Below, in pieces: positions 18,701-28,812 of a stretch of DNA of 64,000 bases. This DNA comes from Shigella phage Ag3. The DNA is taken from the sequence record FJ373894; one strand, 5' to 3'. Positions within the stretch are counted from its first letter, which is position 1. Each line of letters starts with the position of its first letter. Position numbers and translations under genes: made by a program. A model generated the notes under the pieces. It made no database searches. It was not told the origin of the DNA and worked only from the letters and a program-made list of their open reading frames with translations.

Positions 18701-18925
18701 TCAGCGTTTGAGGCTGGCGGCGAGTCCACTAACGTCGGTCACGGTCTGGTCAGCGAGGACGATAACAGGCATAGACATGCGCTGTTTACCAGTCAACTTC
18801 TGAAGTTCTTCCAGCTGGTAGTCTTTGTCCAGCTTGAGGATCTTGTGTTCCATCCCTTTCATCTTGCACAGATTTTCGGCTGTTACACACTGAGCGCAAC
18901 CTTGTTTGGAATAGATCGTAATCAT
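18701..18925 (-). CDS. nrdH: glutaredoxin-like NrdH redoxin
   Basis: 74 aa; CAQC active site near N-terminus; immediately downstream of nrdA-nrdB. Confidence 0.75.
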   Translation of the reverse strand: MITIYSKQGCAQCVTAENLCKMKGMEHKILKLDKDYQLEELQKLTGKQRMSMPVIVLADQTVTDVSGLAASLKR

Positions 18926-18934
18926 TTCTCACCT

Positions 18935-20038
18935 TTAAGCGAATTTGAGGCCGTCGGATACTGAACCAGTCAGTACACCCATCAGATAATCGGGAGCTTC
19001 AGCTTCCTGCAATGCGTATTGCATTGTCTTATTATTTAGCCATTCGTTGATCCATGGCACTGGGCATTCCTTACGTGGTTCCCCAGGATATGGGTGTCCG
19101 ATAGCGCCCATGCGGTGGGTGAGCAACCAGTCTACCATATGGTGTAGGATCTTCGCGTTCAGACCAAGCATAGAGCCGTCCTGGAACAGATAGTCAGCCC
19201 ATTGCTTCTCCTGATTGCCCACGTCCAAGAACATCTGGGTCATCTCACCGCGCAGTTCCTCACGGATGATTTCGAAGTCAGGGTCCATACCAGGCAGGCG
19301 GTTCAGCAGCGTCTGGGTCAGGATCAGATGATCTTGCTCATCACGGGCGATCTGGCGGATGATTTTAGCATTGCCTTCCATCTTCTTCTGGAACTGTGTG
19401 AACGCCCAAGAGCATGCAAAGGACACGTAGAAGCGGATACCTTCCAGTGTGTTGGCAGCAAACAGAGCACGCCAGAATGCACGTTTGGCATTCATAATGT
19501 CTTCACGGGTAAAGGCACGACCAGCCATACGCATGCCGCTGTAACGAACCATGTCGTCATAGTGAGTACTAATCTGATGCGCGCAATCCACGATCTCTGC
19601 AACGTCCAACACGTGGTCAAACACGATGCCAGGATCGTTCACAGTGTTGCGCAGGATGTGGGTGTACGACAGAGAGTGAATGGCTTCCTGGCGTGTCCAC
19701 TCAAGGACGGCGAACTGCATTTCAGGGGTAGACGCCCACGGACCAAACGCCTCGAACGGAGCCGCACCCTGAATAGAATCCAGCATGGTCTGGCGCTTCA
19801 GGTTGCTCTCATAGATGCGCTTTTCAGCAGGTGTGAGGGTTGCATAGTCGGCCTTGTCCTTGGTGATGTCCACCTCTTCAGGACGCCAGAACTGGCTGAG
19901 ACCTTTCTCATACCACTTCTGTACGAATGGCCAGGCCACAATATCATAGCGCTGGATGCTCACTGGGTCACCGAAGAACGGCAGACCAGTGTTGTTCGAG
20001 CTTGGGTCGAATACGGAGAATTGTTTCTGTTCGCTCAT
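18935..20038 (-). CDS. nrdB: ribonucleotide reductase class Ia beta subunit
   Basis: ORF 18935..20104, start at Met23 (MSEQKQF); ferritin-like R2 fold with di-iron ligand helices. Confidence 0.9.
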   Translation of the reverse strand: MSEQKQFSVFDPSSNNTGLPFFGDPVSIQRYDIVAWPFVQKWYEKGLSQFWRPEEVDITKDKADYATLTPAEKRIYESNLKRQTMLDSIQGAAPFEAFGPWASTPEMQFAVLEWTRQEAIHSLSYTHILRNTVNDPGIVFDHVLDVAEIVDCAHQISTHYDDMVRYSGMRMAGRAFTREDIMNAKRAFWRALFAANTLEGIRFYVSFACSWAFTQFQKKMEGNAKIIRQIARDEQDHLILTQTLLNRLPGMDPDFEIIREELRGEMTQMFLDVGNQEKQWADYLFQDGSMLGLNAKILHHMVDWLLTHRMGAIGHPYPGEPRKECPVPWINEWLNNKTMQYALQEAEAPDYLMGVLTGSVSDGLKFA

Positions 20039-20039
20039 G

Positions 20040-20333
20040 TTATGCCTTGCCTTCGTGGAGTTTGATCTGTTCAGTGGTGATGTAATTCTTGATGTTAGCA
20101 ACAAAATCCTGGCGTTTGTCTTCAGGTAATTTGCTGAGGTCTAGAAGGAAGTGGGTACGGTTCACAGTATCCAATGGATCCGTGTAGTTCAACGGGATAG
20201 CCGTGACTTCGCCGCCGTTGTGCCAAGCAGCGGCCACCTTCACGTTGCGCAGAACATTCTCCGCTTCCATTTTGCTGTTGTGTTTGAGCAAGATACCTGG
20301 TTGACCAGGGACCAACAATAACGTCTGGAACAT
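20040..20333 (-). CDS. hypothetical protein between nrdA and nrdB
   Basis: 97-aa ORF; stop abuts nrdB start. Confidence 0.4.
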   Translation of the reverse strand: MFQTLLLVPGQPGILLKHNSKMEAENVLRNVKVAAAWHNGGEVTAIPLNYTDPLDTVNRTHFLLDLSKLPEDKRQDFVANIKNYITTEQIKLHEGKA

Positions 20334-20403
20334 ATAGAACTCCTGATGAATAAGGGGTGATATCTCACCCCTGATGATATAACGGTAGCAGGTTTAGACC
20401 AAC

Positions 20404-22683
20404 TCACACCACACAGGTGTCACAAACTTCTTCAGCCTGTTTCAACTCTTCGTCTTCCTTGGCGTCCTTGTTCGTGTTGTAATACAGAGTCTTACCACCC
20501 CACATATAGAAGGACAGGATATCCTGCATCATCTTGGCGCGAGGGATCTTGCCATCTGGGTACTTCTCTGGGTCATACCACGTGTTGGTACTGATGGACT
20601 GGTCAACCCAGCGCTGGATGACAGCAGCGGTCTTCAGGTACTCAATGCAGTCCAGGTCCCACTTGAGGTCATACAGCGGTCCAAGGGTCTCAACATCCGG
20701 AACAACCTGCTTGTACGTGCCGTCCTTGCTGCCCTTAATGCTCACCAAGCCCTTCGGTGGCTCAATGCCGTTCGTTGCGTTGAGGACTTGTGAGGAGCTT
20801 TCGGTAGGGGCTACTGCCAGCAGGGTGGCATTGCGGATACCATAGGTCTTCAGGTCATCCTTCAGGTCATCCCAGTCCAGCCCATATGCCATGCCTTCCG
20901 GCTTCTTACCATTTGGCAGGATGTCAAGCGGAAGCGGCTGAAGATCGGCGGTGACCTGTCCCATACCATGGATGGTTCCACGTTTGCAAGCGCCGAACTT
21001 CATAGCCAGACGGTTGGATGCCTTGACCAGATAGAAGTGAAGGTGTGCCATCCATGCATCCAGCATCTCGAGGCCAGCTGGTGAGCCGTAGCCCGTGAAG
21101 TTCTTGGCCAAGAAGTGGGCCACGTTCACGATACCAACGCCCAGAGGACGATAGTCTTCAACAGCCTTGCGAGCCTGAATCGCTGGATAGTCCTGATATT
21201 CGAGCAGCATGTCCAGCGCAGACACCAACACGAACGCCACGTCTTCCATTTCGGTCGGGTCTTCGAATGCTGTCAGGTTGAAGGAAGCCAGGGTGCACAG
21301 AGCCACGCGCCCGTTTTCATCGTTGTACTGCTCAAACTCACGGGTCGGCAGGGCGATTTCAAGACACAGGTTGGAGCTGTAGATGGTGTCGAGGTTGAAT
21401 GGGCTGTATTCATTCATGTGATCGACGAATGCGATGTAGATGCGGCCTGTGTCTGAACGCTGGTCTAACAGCATCTGGAACACTTCTTCGGCCTGCAGCT
21501 TCTTAGAACGAACCAGGCCTGCATCGGCGGCCTTGATCATGTTCTCATACAGAGTACGGAACTTGTCAACGTCGGCGAAGTATGCTTCGTACATTTCGCG
21601 GTTGTCTTTCGGGTCGAACAGATACAGAGGCTGCTTGGCAACCAGGCGCTCAAACATCACGCGGTTGATCTGAATACCGTAGTCGATACGGCGTTCGCGG
21701 TTTTCTTCAGTGCCACGGTTATTCTTCAGTACAACGACGTCATCGAACTGGTAATGCCACAGAGGGATGTACGCTGTCGCCGCACCACCACGAATGCCGC
21801 CCTGGGAGCAAGACTTGAGCGCCCCAGTGAGATACTTGATGAATGGGATCAGGCCTGTGTGAACCATCTCTCCGCCGCGAATAGGACTGCCAATCCCACG
21901 GATAGCCCCGACGTCAAAGCCGATACCCGCACGTTTGGACACATAGTCAACGATGGTCTTGGCCGTTGCGTTGATAGAGTCCAGGGTGTCACCAGTTTTG
22001 ATCAGGACACAGGAACTGAACTGACGGGTAGGAGTACGAACACCTGCCATAATCGGGGTGGGAAGACTGAACTTGCCTGTGCTGGCATATTCATAGAACT
22101 TCTTCACCATCTCCAGGCGGCTGTCTTTGTCCCAGTTAGAGAACAACGCCATGGCGATTCCCATGTACATGACCTGTGGGGTTTCGTAGAAGATCTTGCT
22201 GTCTTTCTTGGAACGGTCGCGCAGCAGATACTTCTCTGTCAGCTGGCCCATGGCCGCCCACGTGAAGTTCTTATCGCGTTTGTGGTTAATGACATCGTTC
22301 AGCTCGTTGAACTCTTCTGTCGTGTAGAGATCAAGGAACTCACGATCATACACGCGCTGTTTGATGTTCTTGACGAAGATATCCAGCAGGTGAGGCGGCT
22401 TGTACTGGCCATAGACAGCCTTGCGCAGATCATATGACTTCAGACGAGCAGCCACATACTGGTAATTGGGTTTGTCTACAGAGATCAGTGAAGCCGCAGC
22501 CTGGATGAGGATATCCTGAATGCGATCTGTTCTCATGTTGTCGGTGAACTGAATCTTCGATGCAGCGATCACCTCTGACATTGATACACCAGTCAGTCCG
22601 TCACATGCGCGGTCTACGACTTCGTGTGGTTTCTCAATATCAAAGGGGACAGAAGATCCGTCCCGCTTAATGACGTTAATCAT
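20404..22683 (-). CDS. nrdA: ribonucleotide reductase class Ia alpha subunit
   Basis: 759 aa; N-terminal ATP-cone (VIKRDGSSVPFD), catalytic core, C-terminal Cys pair (CDTC). Confidence 0.95.
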   Translation of the reverse strand: MINVIKRDGSSVPFDIEKPHEVVDRACDGLTGVSMSEVIAASKIQFTDNMRTDRIQDILIQAAASLISVDKPNYQYVAARLKSYDLRKAVYGQYKPPHLLDIFVKNIKQRVYDREFLDLYTTEEFNELNDVINHKRDKNFTWAAMGQLTEKYLLRDRSKKDSKIFYETPQVMYMGIAMALFSNWDKDSRLEMVKKFYEYASTGKFSLPTPIMAGVRTPTRQFSSCVLIKTGDTLDSINATAKTIVDYVSKRAGIGFDVGAIRGIGSPIRGGEMVHTGLIPFIKYLTGALKSCSQGGIRGGAATAYIPLWHYQFDDVVVLKNNRGTEENRERRIDYGIQINRVMFERLVAKQPLYLFDPKDNREMYEAYFADVDKFRTLYENMIKAADAGLVRSKKLQAEEVFQMLLDQRSDTGRIYIAFVDHMNEYSPFNLDTIYSSNLCLEIALPTREFEQYNDENGRVALCTLASFNLTAFEDPTEMEDVAFVLVSALDMLLEYQDYPAIQARKAVEDYRPLGVGIVNVAHFLAKNFTGYGSPAGLEMLDAWMAHLHFYLVKASNRLAMKFGACKRGTIHGMGQVTADLQPLPLDILPNGKKPEGMAYGLDWDDLKDDLKTYGIRNATLLAVAPTESSSQVLNATNGIEPPKGLVSIKGSKDGTYKQVVPDVETLGPLYDLKWDLDCIEYLKTAAVIQRWVDQSISTNTWYDPEKYPDGKIPRAKMMQDILSFYMWGGKTLYYNTNKDAKEDEELKQAEEVCDTCVV

Positions 22684-22722
22684 AGCGATCCTCGGTTTGT
22701 GTTATAAGCAGGTTTTATTATA

Positions 22723-22749
22723 CGCCGCCCTCGTAGATTGAAGGCGGCG
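22723..22749 (-). terminator. intergenic stem-loop between phoH and nrdA
   Basis: CGCCGCC / GGCGGCG 7-bp GC stem with 13-nt loop. Confidence 0.4.
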
Positions 22750-22768
22750 GGGAGTGTTGGTGAGTTAC

Positions 22769-23641
22769 TTAAATGTCGTACAGATCGTTGACTTCCAGCA
22801 TCAGGCGGGTGAAGTCCCCGCGCCCGTTGCGGTCGGTCTTGTTGAATTCGATGATGCTGAACGGCTGAACCCATTCAGGATATTCATCACCGACACCAAC
22901 ACCATCGATCTTCAGAGTTCCGGCCTCCAGCTTGGCGTTGAAGTCGCGGAAGGAACCGACGTACTTTTCCAGGGCGCTATCACGCAGGCGCTTGTTGGAC
23001 TGTTTGATGTCACCGTTGACAAAGATGTAGGTTGAATCAGATGCGCGAGTCAGCAGGTTCTTCAGCTGCTCCATATCGCATTCTTGGGCTTCTTCGATGA
23101 TCAGGAAGGTGTCGTCAAAGGTCATCCCCTTGATGGTCTCCAGATCCTGGATCTCGATGATCCGCTTCTCCCACAGGTAGTTGAAGAAACCGTCGCTGCC
23201 AGTATCGGTCTTCAGCACCTTCTTCAACGTCTGAATCAGGGGCATCAGGTATGGCATGAGCTTTTCGTATGTGTCACCAGGACGGAAGCCTGCTGTCTGG
23301 CCTGTTGGCAGCGGAGAGCGCGTGATGACGATCTTGCTGACAACTTTATCGATCAGTAGCTTGGCGGCGGCTGAGGCACCACAGTACGATTTACCTGTAC
23401 CAGCAGGACCGATCGCGATGGTGAGGTTTTCTTCAAGAGCAGATTGATATGCGAGGTTCTGATTCTCTGAGAGGCCATTGAACGGAGCGATTCTGAAGTC
23501 ACCTTTGGAGAACTTCATCCAGTCATCTTCTTTCTGAACAGTCTCTTTCTTACGTGCTGACTTGGTCTTGCCCGCTGGCTTCATACTTACAACTTTGGTG
23601 GCAGATTGCATGGGAACCTTCCTATATCTCAGGGGTGTCAT
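22769..23641 (-). CDS. phoH: PhoH-like ATPase
   Basis: 290 aa; Walker A GPAGTGKS and PhoH-type C-terminal region. Confidence 0.85.
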   Translation of the reverse strand: MTPLRYRKVPMQSATKVVSMKPAGKTKSARKKETVQKEDDWMKFSKGDFRIAPFNGLSENQNLAYQSALEENLTIAIGPAGTGKSYCGASAAAKLLIDKVVSKIVITRSPLPTGQTAGFRPGDTYEKLMPYLMPLIQTLKKVLKTDTGSDGFFNYLWEKRIIEIQDLETIKGMTFDDTFLIIEEAQECDMEQLKNLLTRASDSTYIFVNGDIKQSNKRLRDSALEKYVGSFRDFNAKLEAGTLKIDGVGVGDEYPEWVQPFSIIEFNKTDRNGRGDFTRLMLEVNDLYDI

Positions 23642-23662
23642 CTAATACTAAAGGACAAACAT

Positions 23663-24355
23663 CTATTGATTTACAAAACCTAACCATCCCGCGTCTTCTT
23701 TTGGGTTCCAACCATCTTTGAATTTATTGACCATAGTCCTCAATGAATTGTTCGGAGAGACGAAACCGAAATATCTACCGAGTCTGCAATATCCTTCTTG
23801 TTTTAATTTCCATTTCTCATAGTATTTATCGGCATCTTTCCATATCTTTAACGTGGTGGCGTTGGAAGCTGGGCTTTCCCAAGGAGGAACGCCTTTCATT
23901 TTGGAGTACATGTCTTTCATTTTATCCGGATAAAGTTTATGCATATTCTTCATTCTTTCCGAAGATTCTTTCCTTATATTTGGATTCTCTGAATTCAAAC
24001 GCTTCATCCTTTCCGATCTCATTTTTCTTAATTCAGGATCTTCTTTGCACCTCAGTTTGTGGGCAATTGAGGACTTCCTGCGAAGCCAACCATGAGTTTT
24101 GTTGTTTCTTCCGTTGTGTGGGTTGTAACCACCCATCATGTTGGCGGCGAATATCAATTTCCTGTTGTCTGGGTGCATCTTTACGAGCAAGAGATGAGCA
24201 ACATAATGTTCTTCCGGCGTCAGGCGAACAAGGTTGTCGGGGTTGTCCGAACCACCCATGCATTTCGGCACAACATGATGCAATTCGGAATATCCTTCTA
24301 TGGTTCTTTGTTTGGCTTTGTTGATTAGTGACTGATAGATATTGGCGTAGTTCAT
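23663..24355 (-). CDS. HNH homing-type endonuclease
   Basis: 230 aa; HNH motif HHVVPKCMGGSDNPDNLVRLTPEEH; basic repetitive C-terminal DNA-binding-like region. Confidence 0.8.
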   Translation of the reverse strand: MNYANIYQSLINKAKQRTIEGYSELHHVVPKCMGGSDNPDNLVRLTPEEHYVAHLLLVKMHPDNRKLIFAANMMGGYNPHNGRNNKTHGWLRRKSSIAHKLRCKEDPELRKMRSERMKRLNSENPNIRKESSERMKNMHKLYPDKMKDMYSKMKGVPPWESPASNATTLKIWKDADKYYEKWKLKQEGYCRLGRYFGFVSPNNSLRTMVNKFKDGWNPKEDAGWLGFVNQ

Positions 24356-24418
24356 AGAGCACCTCCATATGCTCTAATTAAGGCGATAACCCAGCATACC
24401 CGAGGGGTGGATAAAGAA

Positions 24419-24438
24419 AAAGGCCGTTTCCGGCCTTT
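24419..24438 (-). terminator. terminator hairpin downstream of endolysin gene
   Basis: AAAGGCCG-TTTC-CGGCCTTT 8-bp stem. Confidence 0.55.
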
Positions 24439-24441
24439 GAG

Positions 24442-25254
24442 TTAACTGAAACTCTTGTATGCAGCAGCGAGCTTCGTGTCGTACTGGTTCTTGGCATACG
24501 CCGGACCATTATAGCGCCGCGCAAACTCAGCCCAGTTCTTGTCCTTCAGAGCCTGCCAGAGCTTGACGTCGGCCTTGATGAACTTCACGAATGCCATCAG
24601 ATGAGCACGTTCGCCTGTCAGGAAGTCATTGAACATCTCCTTGGCGTTGGCGTACCCACAGACCTGGCAGTTGAAGCCCATGATCTGGAAGAGGCCGTAT
24701 GAAGCGCTCTCGTACGCACAATCCTCATCGATGTTGATGGCTGCGTGAAGTCGATCCAACTCCGCGTCGCCGCCCGTGTACCCGCCTGCCACTGGACTGA
24801 CAAGGGTTGGATACATCTGACCAGCAGCATTCGCCCGAGCCTGCCCGAACTTCGCCATCATCTTCTTGTACATGATGTGACGCTCAAACAACGTCTTGAT
24901 CTTACCAGACTTGGTGAAGCCAGTGCCACGGGATTCAACCTGATTGACTGCCTTCACAGAGGCGAGGTCAACTCCCAGCTGGTTGGCTGCGTCGATAAGG
25001 TCAGCCTCAGTCAGGTGATCCTGATGAGAGTCTCCGGCGTTGCGAATAGCATAGGAGGTCTTTGGACCCACAATACCATCAATGACAAGCCCCGCACCCG
25101 CCTGAACAGTCTTGACAGCGTTCTCTGTTGCCTTACCAAAGATGCCGTCAGCGACGAGGGTGAAGCCGATTTTGTTGAGGCTCTGCTGAAGTGATTTGAC
25201 TTCAGAGCCGCGTGTGCCAAGTTTTAGAATGGCCATAAGAAAATACCTCCGCAA
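24442..25254 (-). CDS. endolysin (peptidoglycan-binding domain plus muramidase-like catalytic domain)
   Basis: 270 aa; N-terminal PG_binding_1-like repeat (GSEVKSLQQSLNKIGF...DGIFG), C-terminal YGLFQIMGFN-type catalytic region. Confidence 0.7.
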   Translation of the reverse strand: MRRYFLMAILKLGTRGSEVKSLQQSLNKIGFTLVADGIFGKATENAVKTVQAGAGLVIDGIVGPKTSYAIRNAGDSHQDHLTEADLIDAANQLGVDLASVKAVNQVESRGTGFTKSGKIKTLFERHIMYKKMMAKFGQARANAAGQMYPTLVSPVAGGYTGGDAELDRLHAAINIDEDCAYESASYGLFQIMGFNCQVCGYANAKEMFNDFLTGERAHLMAFVKFIKADVKLWQALKDKNWAEFARRYNGPAYAKNQYDTKLAAAYKSFS

Positions 25255-25305
25255 TGAATGCGAAGGTATTTAAAGTGAAAGTGAACTACTTGAGGAACTG
25301 CCGTG

Positions 25306-25605
25306 TCACATATTATCGTGGATTTCTTTCAACTGGGTAATGTAATCTTCGACAGCGGACTTTAAACCTTCATATGCCATTATTGCAGAAGCAACATAAC
25401 GACTGGTAATACTATCATCATATTCTTTAAAACCAGAAAACCAAGATCCCGTGGTTAGTAGATGCTGAACGTAAACATCTCCGCAAGAAAGGATAACTTG
25501 GGAGAAAGAACATGTGTCTATTACCCAGGGTTTTGAAGTATGTGAAGCCAGCAGTTGTGCTGTTTCTTCCGCAATCTTGGTCGCTTCTGAGCTGCTCAGT
25601 TTCAT
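25306..25605 (-). CDS. hypothetical protein
   Basis: 99-aa ORF. Confidence 0.4.
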   Translation of the reverse strand: MKLSSSEATKIAEETAQLLASHTSKPWVIDTCSFSQVILSCGDVYVQHLLTTGSWFSGFKEYDDSITSRYVASAIMAYEGLKSAVEDYITQLKEIHDNM

Positions 25606-25790
25606 CTTGCTACCACCACTGGCATGACTTCGTTGAAGGACGTACGAACTTCAGTGTCGTACCCATATTTTTCCAGGACTGCTAACATCGCCTGCTCGAG
25701 TTCCTCTTGGAACTGAGGGAAGACTTTGTTCGGAATGCGGTCGGCAACCCAGAGAGCGCCTGAAGAGGCTTGGATGACAGCGCGGGACAT
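25602..25790 (-). CDS. hypothetical protein
   Basis: 62-aa ORF overlapping downstream start by 4 nt. Confidence 0.35.
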   Translation of the reverse strand: MSRAVIQASSGALWVADRIPNKVFPQFQEELEQAMLAVLEKYGYDTEVRTSFNEVMPVVVAR

Positions 25791-25844
25791 AATGGTCTCC
25801 TACCAAAAATCTGAATAAGGAGGGGAGTTTCCTCCCCCTTTCGA

Positions 25845-26333
25845 TTAAGCCAGTTTACCCACCAGGGTCTGAACGTCTTTGGCGGTCAGTTTACCCATTT
25901 TGACGTACTGAGCTTTTGCTTCACCACCAGCCGCTTTCACGATGTCTTCGTTTGCGTAGCCTTTCTTAGGGAAGACCATCACAGAGAAGGAACCGTTGTT
26001 CAGTGGGTTCAGCTGGATGCGACCTTTACCGACTACGATGGTGCCGTAAGTTTCGGTGTTCGCTTCGACAACGTGGATGTCGCGGCCCAGGTCTTTCAGC
26101 ATGCCAACTTTGTCGGCAGTCTTAGCAACCACAGCTTTGTCAACCACAACCTGCTCTACCAGGGTGAAGCCGTTGGTCGCTTTCACTTTGCCGTTCAGCA
26201 GGTTCATGAAGGAAGTTTTGCCACCAGTGAAGCCAGCTGCCTGAGCGATGCGGAACATTTCAACTTTAGCAACTTCGGTGTTCAGTTCGAAAGAGATGGT
26301 GCCGTTGGTGATCAGAGTTTTGGTAGTAGCCAT
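25845..26333 (-). CDS. hypothetical protein
   Basis: ORF 25845..26369; start at ATG 26331-26333 (MATTKTL) with GAGGA RBS; promoter-like element and hairpin upstream. Confidence 0.5.
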   Translation of the reverse strand: MATTKTLITNGTISFELNTEVAKVEMFRIAQAAGFTGGKTSFMNLLNGKVKATNGFTLVEQVVVDKAVVAKTADKVGMLKDLGRDIHVVEANTETYGTIVVGKGRIQLNPLNNGSFSVMVFPKKGYANEDIVKAAGGEAKAQYVKMGKLTAKDVQTLVGKLA

Positions 26334-26396
26334 GATGTAATTCCTCATAATGTAGTTGGTTCGTTTCACTTTTCATTCGGCGGTGTGTTGCCGCCC

Positions 26397-26426
26397 TATG
26401 TGAACTATAATAGTGCATCATTATTG
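26397..26426 (-). promoter_or_regulatory. early-promoter-like element (CTTTAC-N18-TATTAT) followed by stem-loop
   Basis: minus-strand -35-like CTTTAC and -10-like TATTAT upstream of gene 25845..26333, followed by GGCGG/CCGCC hairpin at 26369-26385. Confidence 0.35.
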
Positions 26427-26480
26427 AAGAGTAAAGTCTTTTTCAATAAATTTTTAAAATAATTTTGAAGTATTTTAAAA

Positions 26481-26499
26481 GGCCTCATTCGACGAGGCC
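26481..26499 (-). terminator. terminator hairpin
   Basis: GGCCTC-attcgac-GAGGCC followed by T-rich run on minus strand. Confidence 0.5.
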
Positions 26500-26528
26500 T
26501 GGAGGGAGGTGATGTGAAGTAAAAAGTT

Positions 26529-26735
26529 TTAGCTCGGGCGAACTCTTACAAACTCGCGAGCCAATTCGGCCTGCTCAGCACTGATAGGAACCCCATGGAA
26601 GTCCACCTGGCCATTCTTCCAGCCGTGGATGAAACTCGGGGACTCTTCCCCAGATAGGACATACCCCTCACGAGATTTCAAGTATCCCCGCACGATCTCC
26701 CCGTCGTCCAGTTTGTTCAGTTCTTCTAACGTCAT
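26529..26735 (-). CDS. hypothetical protein
   Basis: 68-aa ORF downstream of primase, followed by terminator hairpin. Confidence 0.4.
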   Translation of the reverse strand: MTLEELNKLDDGEIVRGYLKSREGYVLSGEESPSFIHGWKNGQVDFHGVPISAEQAELAREFVRVRPS

Positions 26736-27790
26736 TTCACTTTCCTCAGTTCAGCGAATTGCAATGAAGCGGCCATACCCTGGTAGACGTTCTTGGCGAT
26801 CAGCTTCAGGAGGTCTTGTATCGGCATGTTGCCCTTTGATGGCATGACCATGTCGTTGATATCCTTCCACGGAACGTCAGGCGGGAACAGCACGACCTTG
26901 ACACCTTTATCTATCATCTTCTGAATACCATCACAGACCTGCGGGTTCCGGTACTGATTATCAGGGATATAGATGTCGCCCTTCACGCTCAACAAGTCGG
27001 CATCTGCCGACGCCATACAATTCGGCAGGAAGAGGCTATCAATCGGACCTTCCACCACCAGCTTGGTCTTGTGAATGTTCACCCGGTCTTCCCCATAGAC
27101 TTTGGTGTCCTCGTCCTTGGGCTTGACTGTCGCGTATCGCAGGGTCGCGTTCTTGTCGAATGCACGCCCCTGAACGACCTTCATCCGCCCGTCTTGCGTC
27201 CAGAATGGAATTACCAGGCGCTCGTCATCAGGGATCTTCAGTTGCTTTTCGGGGTCTGTTTCAAACAGCTTCAGGTCTTCACGAAAGCGCTGTGTGTAGT
27301 ACAGTAAGGACCAAGTGCTCTCCGGCAGCCCTCGCCACTGTACGTACTGTCGAGCCTTATGGTCAGGCGGTAGTAGATCAAGCCGGAGCATATTGCCGAG
27401 GAGGCTTTCGTCGCGTTTTGCCGCCACTGAACCGATACGGGCGGTCTGTGTCAGCTTTGGCAACGGCTTCAGGGAAGGAAGTGGTCTGCCCGACGTATCA
27501 CCCAGCAGGCGGAACTTCTCCATGTTGTACTCTGTTGAGAGGCGTTCGTCGAACTTCTTCAGCCAGAACTCAAATGACCAGCCATTCATCTGGTTGCAGT
27601 TGTGGCACTTGAACCGGAAGCAGTCATGATCCCGATCATAGAAGAAGTATCCACGGCGCTTGTTAGCAGACTTCGTGGAGTCACCACACAGGGGACAACG
27701 GAAGTTTGCGACAGTACCAACGCGCTCCCACTTGAACTTGTCAAGGCGGGGCGACACGTTGTTGATAAATTGCTCGTCAAGAAATTTCAT
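26732..27790 (-). CDS. 61: DNA primase (T4 gp61 homolog)
   Basis: ORF 26732..27868; start taken at Met27 (ATG 27788-27790, coupled TAATG with upstream stop); zinc ribbon FRCPLCGDSTKSANKRRGYFF matches T4 gp61; TOPRIM-like C-terminal region. Confidence 0.85.
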   Translation of the reverse strand: MKFLDEQFINNVSPRLDKFKWERVGTVANFRCPLCGDSTKSANKRRGYFFYDRDHDCFRFKCHNCNQMNGWSFEFWLKKFDERLSTEYNMEKFRLLGDTSGRPLPSLKPLPKLTQTARIGSVAAKRDESLLGNMLRLDLLPPDHKARQYVQWRGLPESTWSLLYYTQRFREDLKLFETDPEKQLKIPDDERLVIPFWTQDGRMKVVQGRAFDKNATLRYATVKPKDEDTKVYGEDRVNIHKTKLVVEGPIDSLFLPNCMASADADLLSVKGDIYIPDNQYRNPQVCDGIQKMIDKGVKVVLFPPDVPWKDINDMVMPSKGNMPIQDLLKLIAKNVYQGMAASLQFAELRKVK

Positions 27791-28401
27791 TAGATCTTCG
27801 GCCTCTGGAACACTTCGGTCACAGTATAGTCTACACCACGACTTTGAGCTATACACAGTTGACGCCAAGCCCCATACAGGATATTCTGCTCCCCGGCAGT
27901 GTTGCGCTCAAAGTGGGCGAAGCCGTCCAGGAGTTCCATGTAGCTGCGCATGTGTCGGGTAACAGTCCTTCCTCTCTTGATCTGTTCATCAAGATACTTC
28001 TGATAATGCTCTGGTGATGACAATGAAGAGTACTGCATGTCTGGCACATGAACTGGCATCAGGGACTTGCGGGGTGTGAAGTAGAACAACCCCCACTTTG
28101 GTGGCAGGTCTTCAACCCTGATCACATCCTGAGGGCAGACATAAAAGCGGTATGCGCCCATCCCTGTTGTGGGGTCCATCCGATGGGGCTTCTTCTTGTC
28201 AGTGAGAAAGTCGGCGCGGGACACCTTCACTTCCATCAGGACAGAGCACCCGCCTGAACGAAACCCGATGGCATCAGGTGATTCTTTGTTGTCAAACGAA
28301 TTTGGCTCGATGAAGACAGCGCCGCAGTTCATGCGACCGCGCAGGTAGTTGGCCGCGATCTCACATCCTTCGCGGTGTGATGGGATAAAGATTTTGCTCA
28401 T
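27790..28401 (-). CDS. hypothetical protein (possible PD-(D/E)xK nuclease fold)
   Basis: ORF 27790..28431, start at internal Met (MSKIFIP); D-x12-EVK arrangement; weak assignment. Confidence 0.35.
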   Translation of the reverse strand: MSKIFIPSHREGCEIAANYLRGRMNCGAVFIEPNSFDNKESPDAIGFRSGGCSVLMEVKVSRADFLTDKKKPHRMDPTTGMGAYRFYVCPQDVIRVEDLPPKWGLFYFTPRKSLMPVHVPDMQYSSLSSPEHYQKYLDEQIKRGRTVTRHMRSYMELLDGFAHFERNTAGEQNILYGAWRQLCIAQSRGVDYTVTEVFQRPKI

Positions 28402-28458
28402 TGTCCTTTCCTTTCGGTGAATAATGAGCAAAATTATATGCCTTTATTTTGTATTGAC

Positions 28459-28812
28459 TTACGACAGCTGCTTCAGTTTGTAGATCGTCTGATAGCACAG
28501 CGTCTTGATTTCATCAAGCGTGTTCTGAAGGTGGGAGTCGCACTGCCTGTAGATGCCATCGACGTCTATCACCACGCTGTTGACATAGGAGATAGGGTCT
28601 GGGTTGTACAATTTGATGTTCTCAAACGACGGAACGTACTGGCCACCCGCACCGATGTATGCTTCGGTAAACGTGTCCAGCAAGTCCTCCAGTTCCCCGT
28701 AGAACTCCCCGAGTGCTTTGTGCTTGGCATAGGACGTTGTAACGAAGTGTAAGGCATGAGAGTGGGCTATAGCAAGCAGTCCACGGTTGATGAAAATACT
28801 CGCGTTAACCAT
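28459..28812 (-). CDS. hypothetical protein
   Basis: ORF 28459..28866 with start at internal Met. Confidence 0.4.
   Translation of the reverse strand: MVNASIFINRGLLAIAHSHALHFVTTSYAKHKALGEFYGELEDLLDTFTEAYIGAGGQYVPSFENIKLYNPDPISYVNSVVIDVDGIYRQCDSHLQNTLDEIKTLCYQTIYKLKQLS

Noticed and set aside
18935-22683. Group I intron or intein within nrdA/nrdB as in T4
   Set aside because: Both nrd ORFs are continuous and of normal length with motifs in order; the 97-aa ORF between them is a separate small gene, not an intron-encoded endonuclease by any motif I can see.
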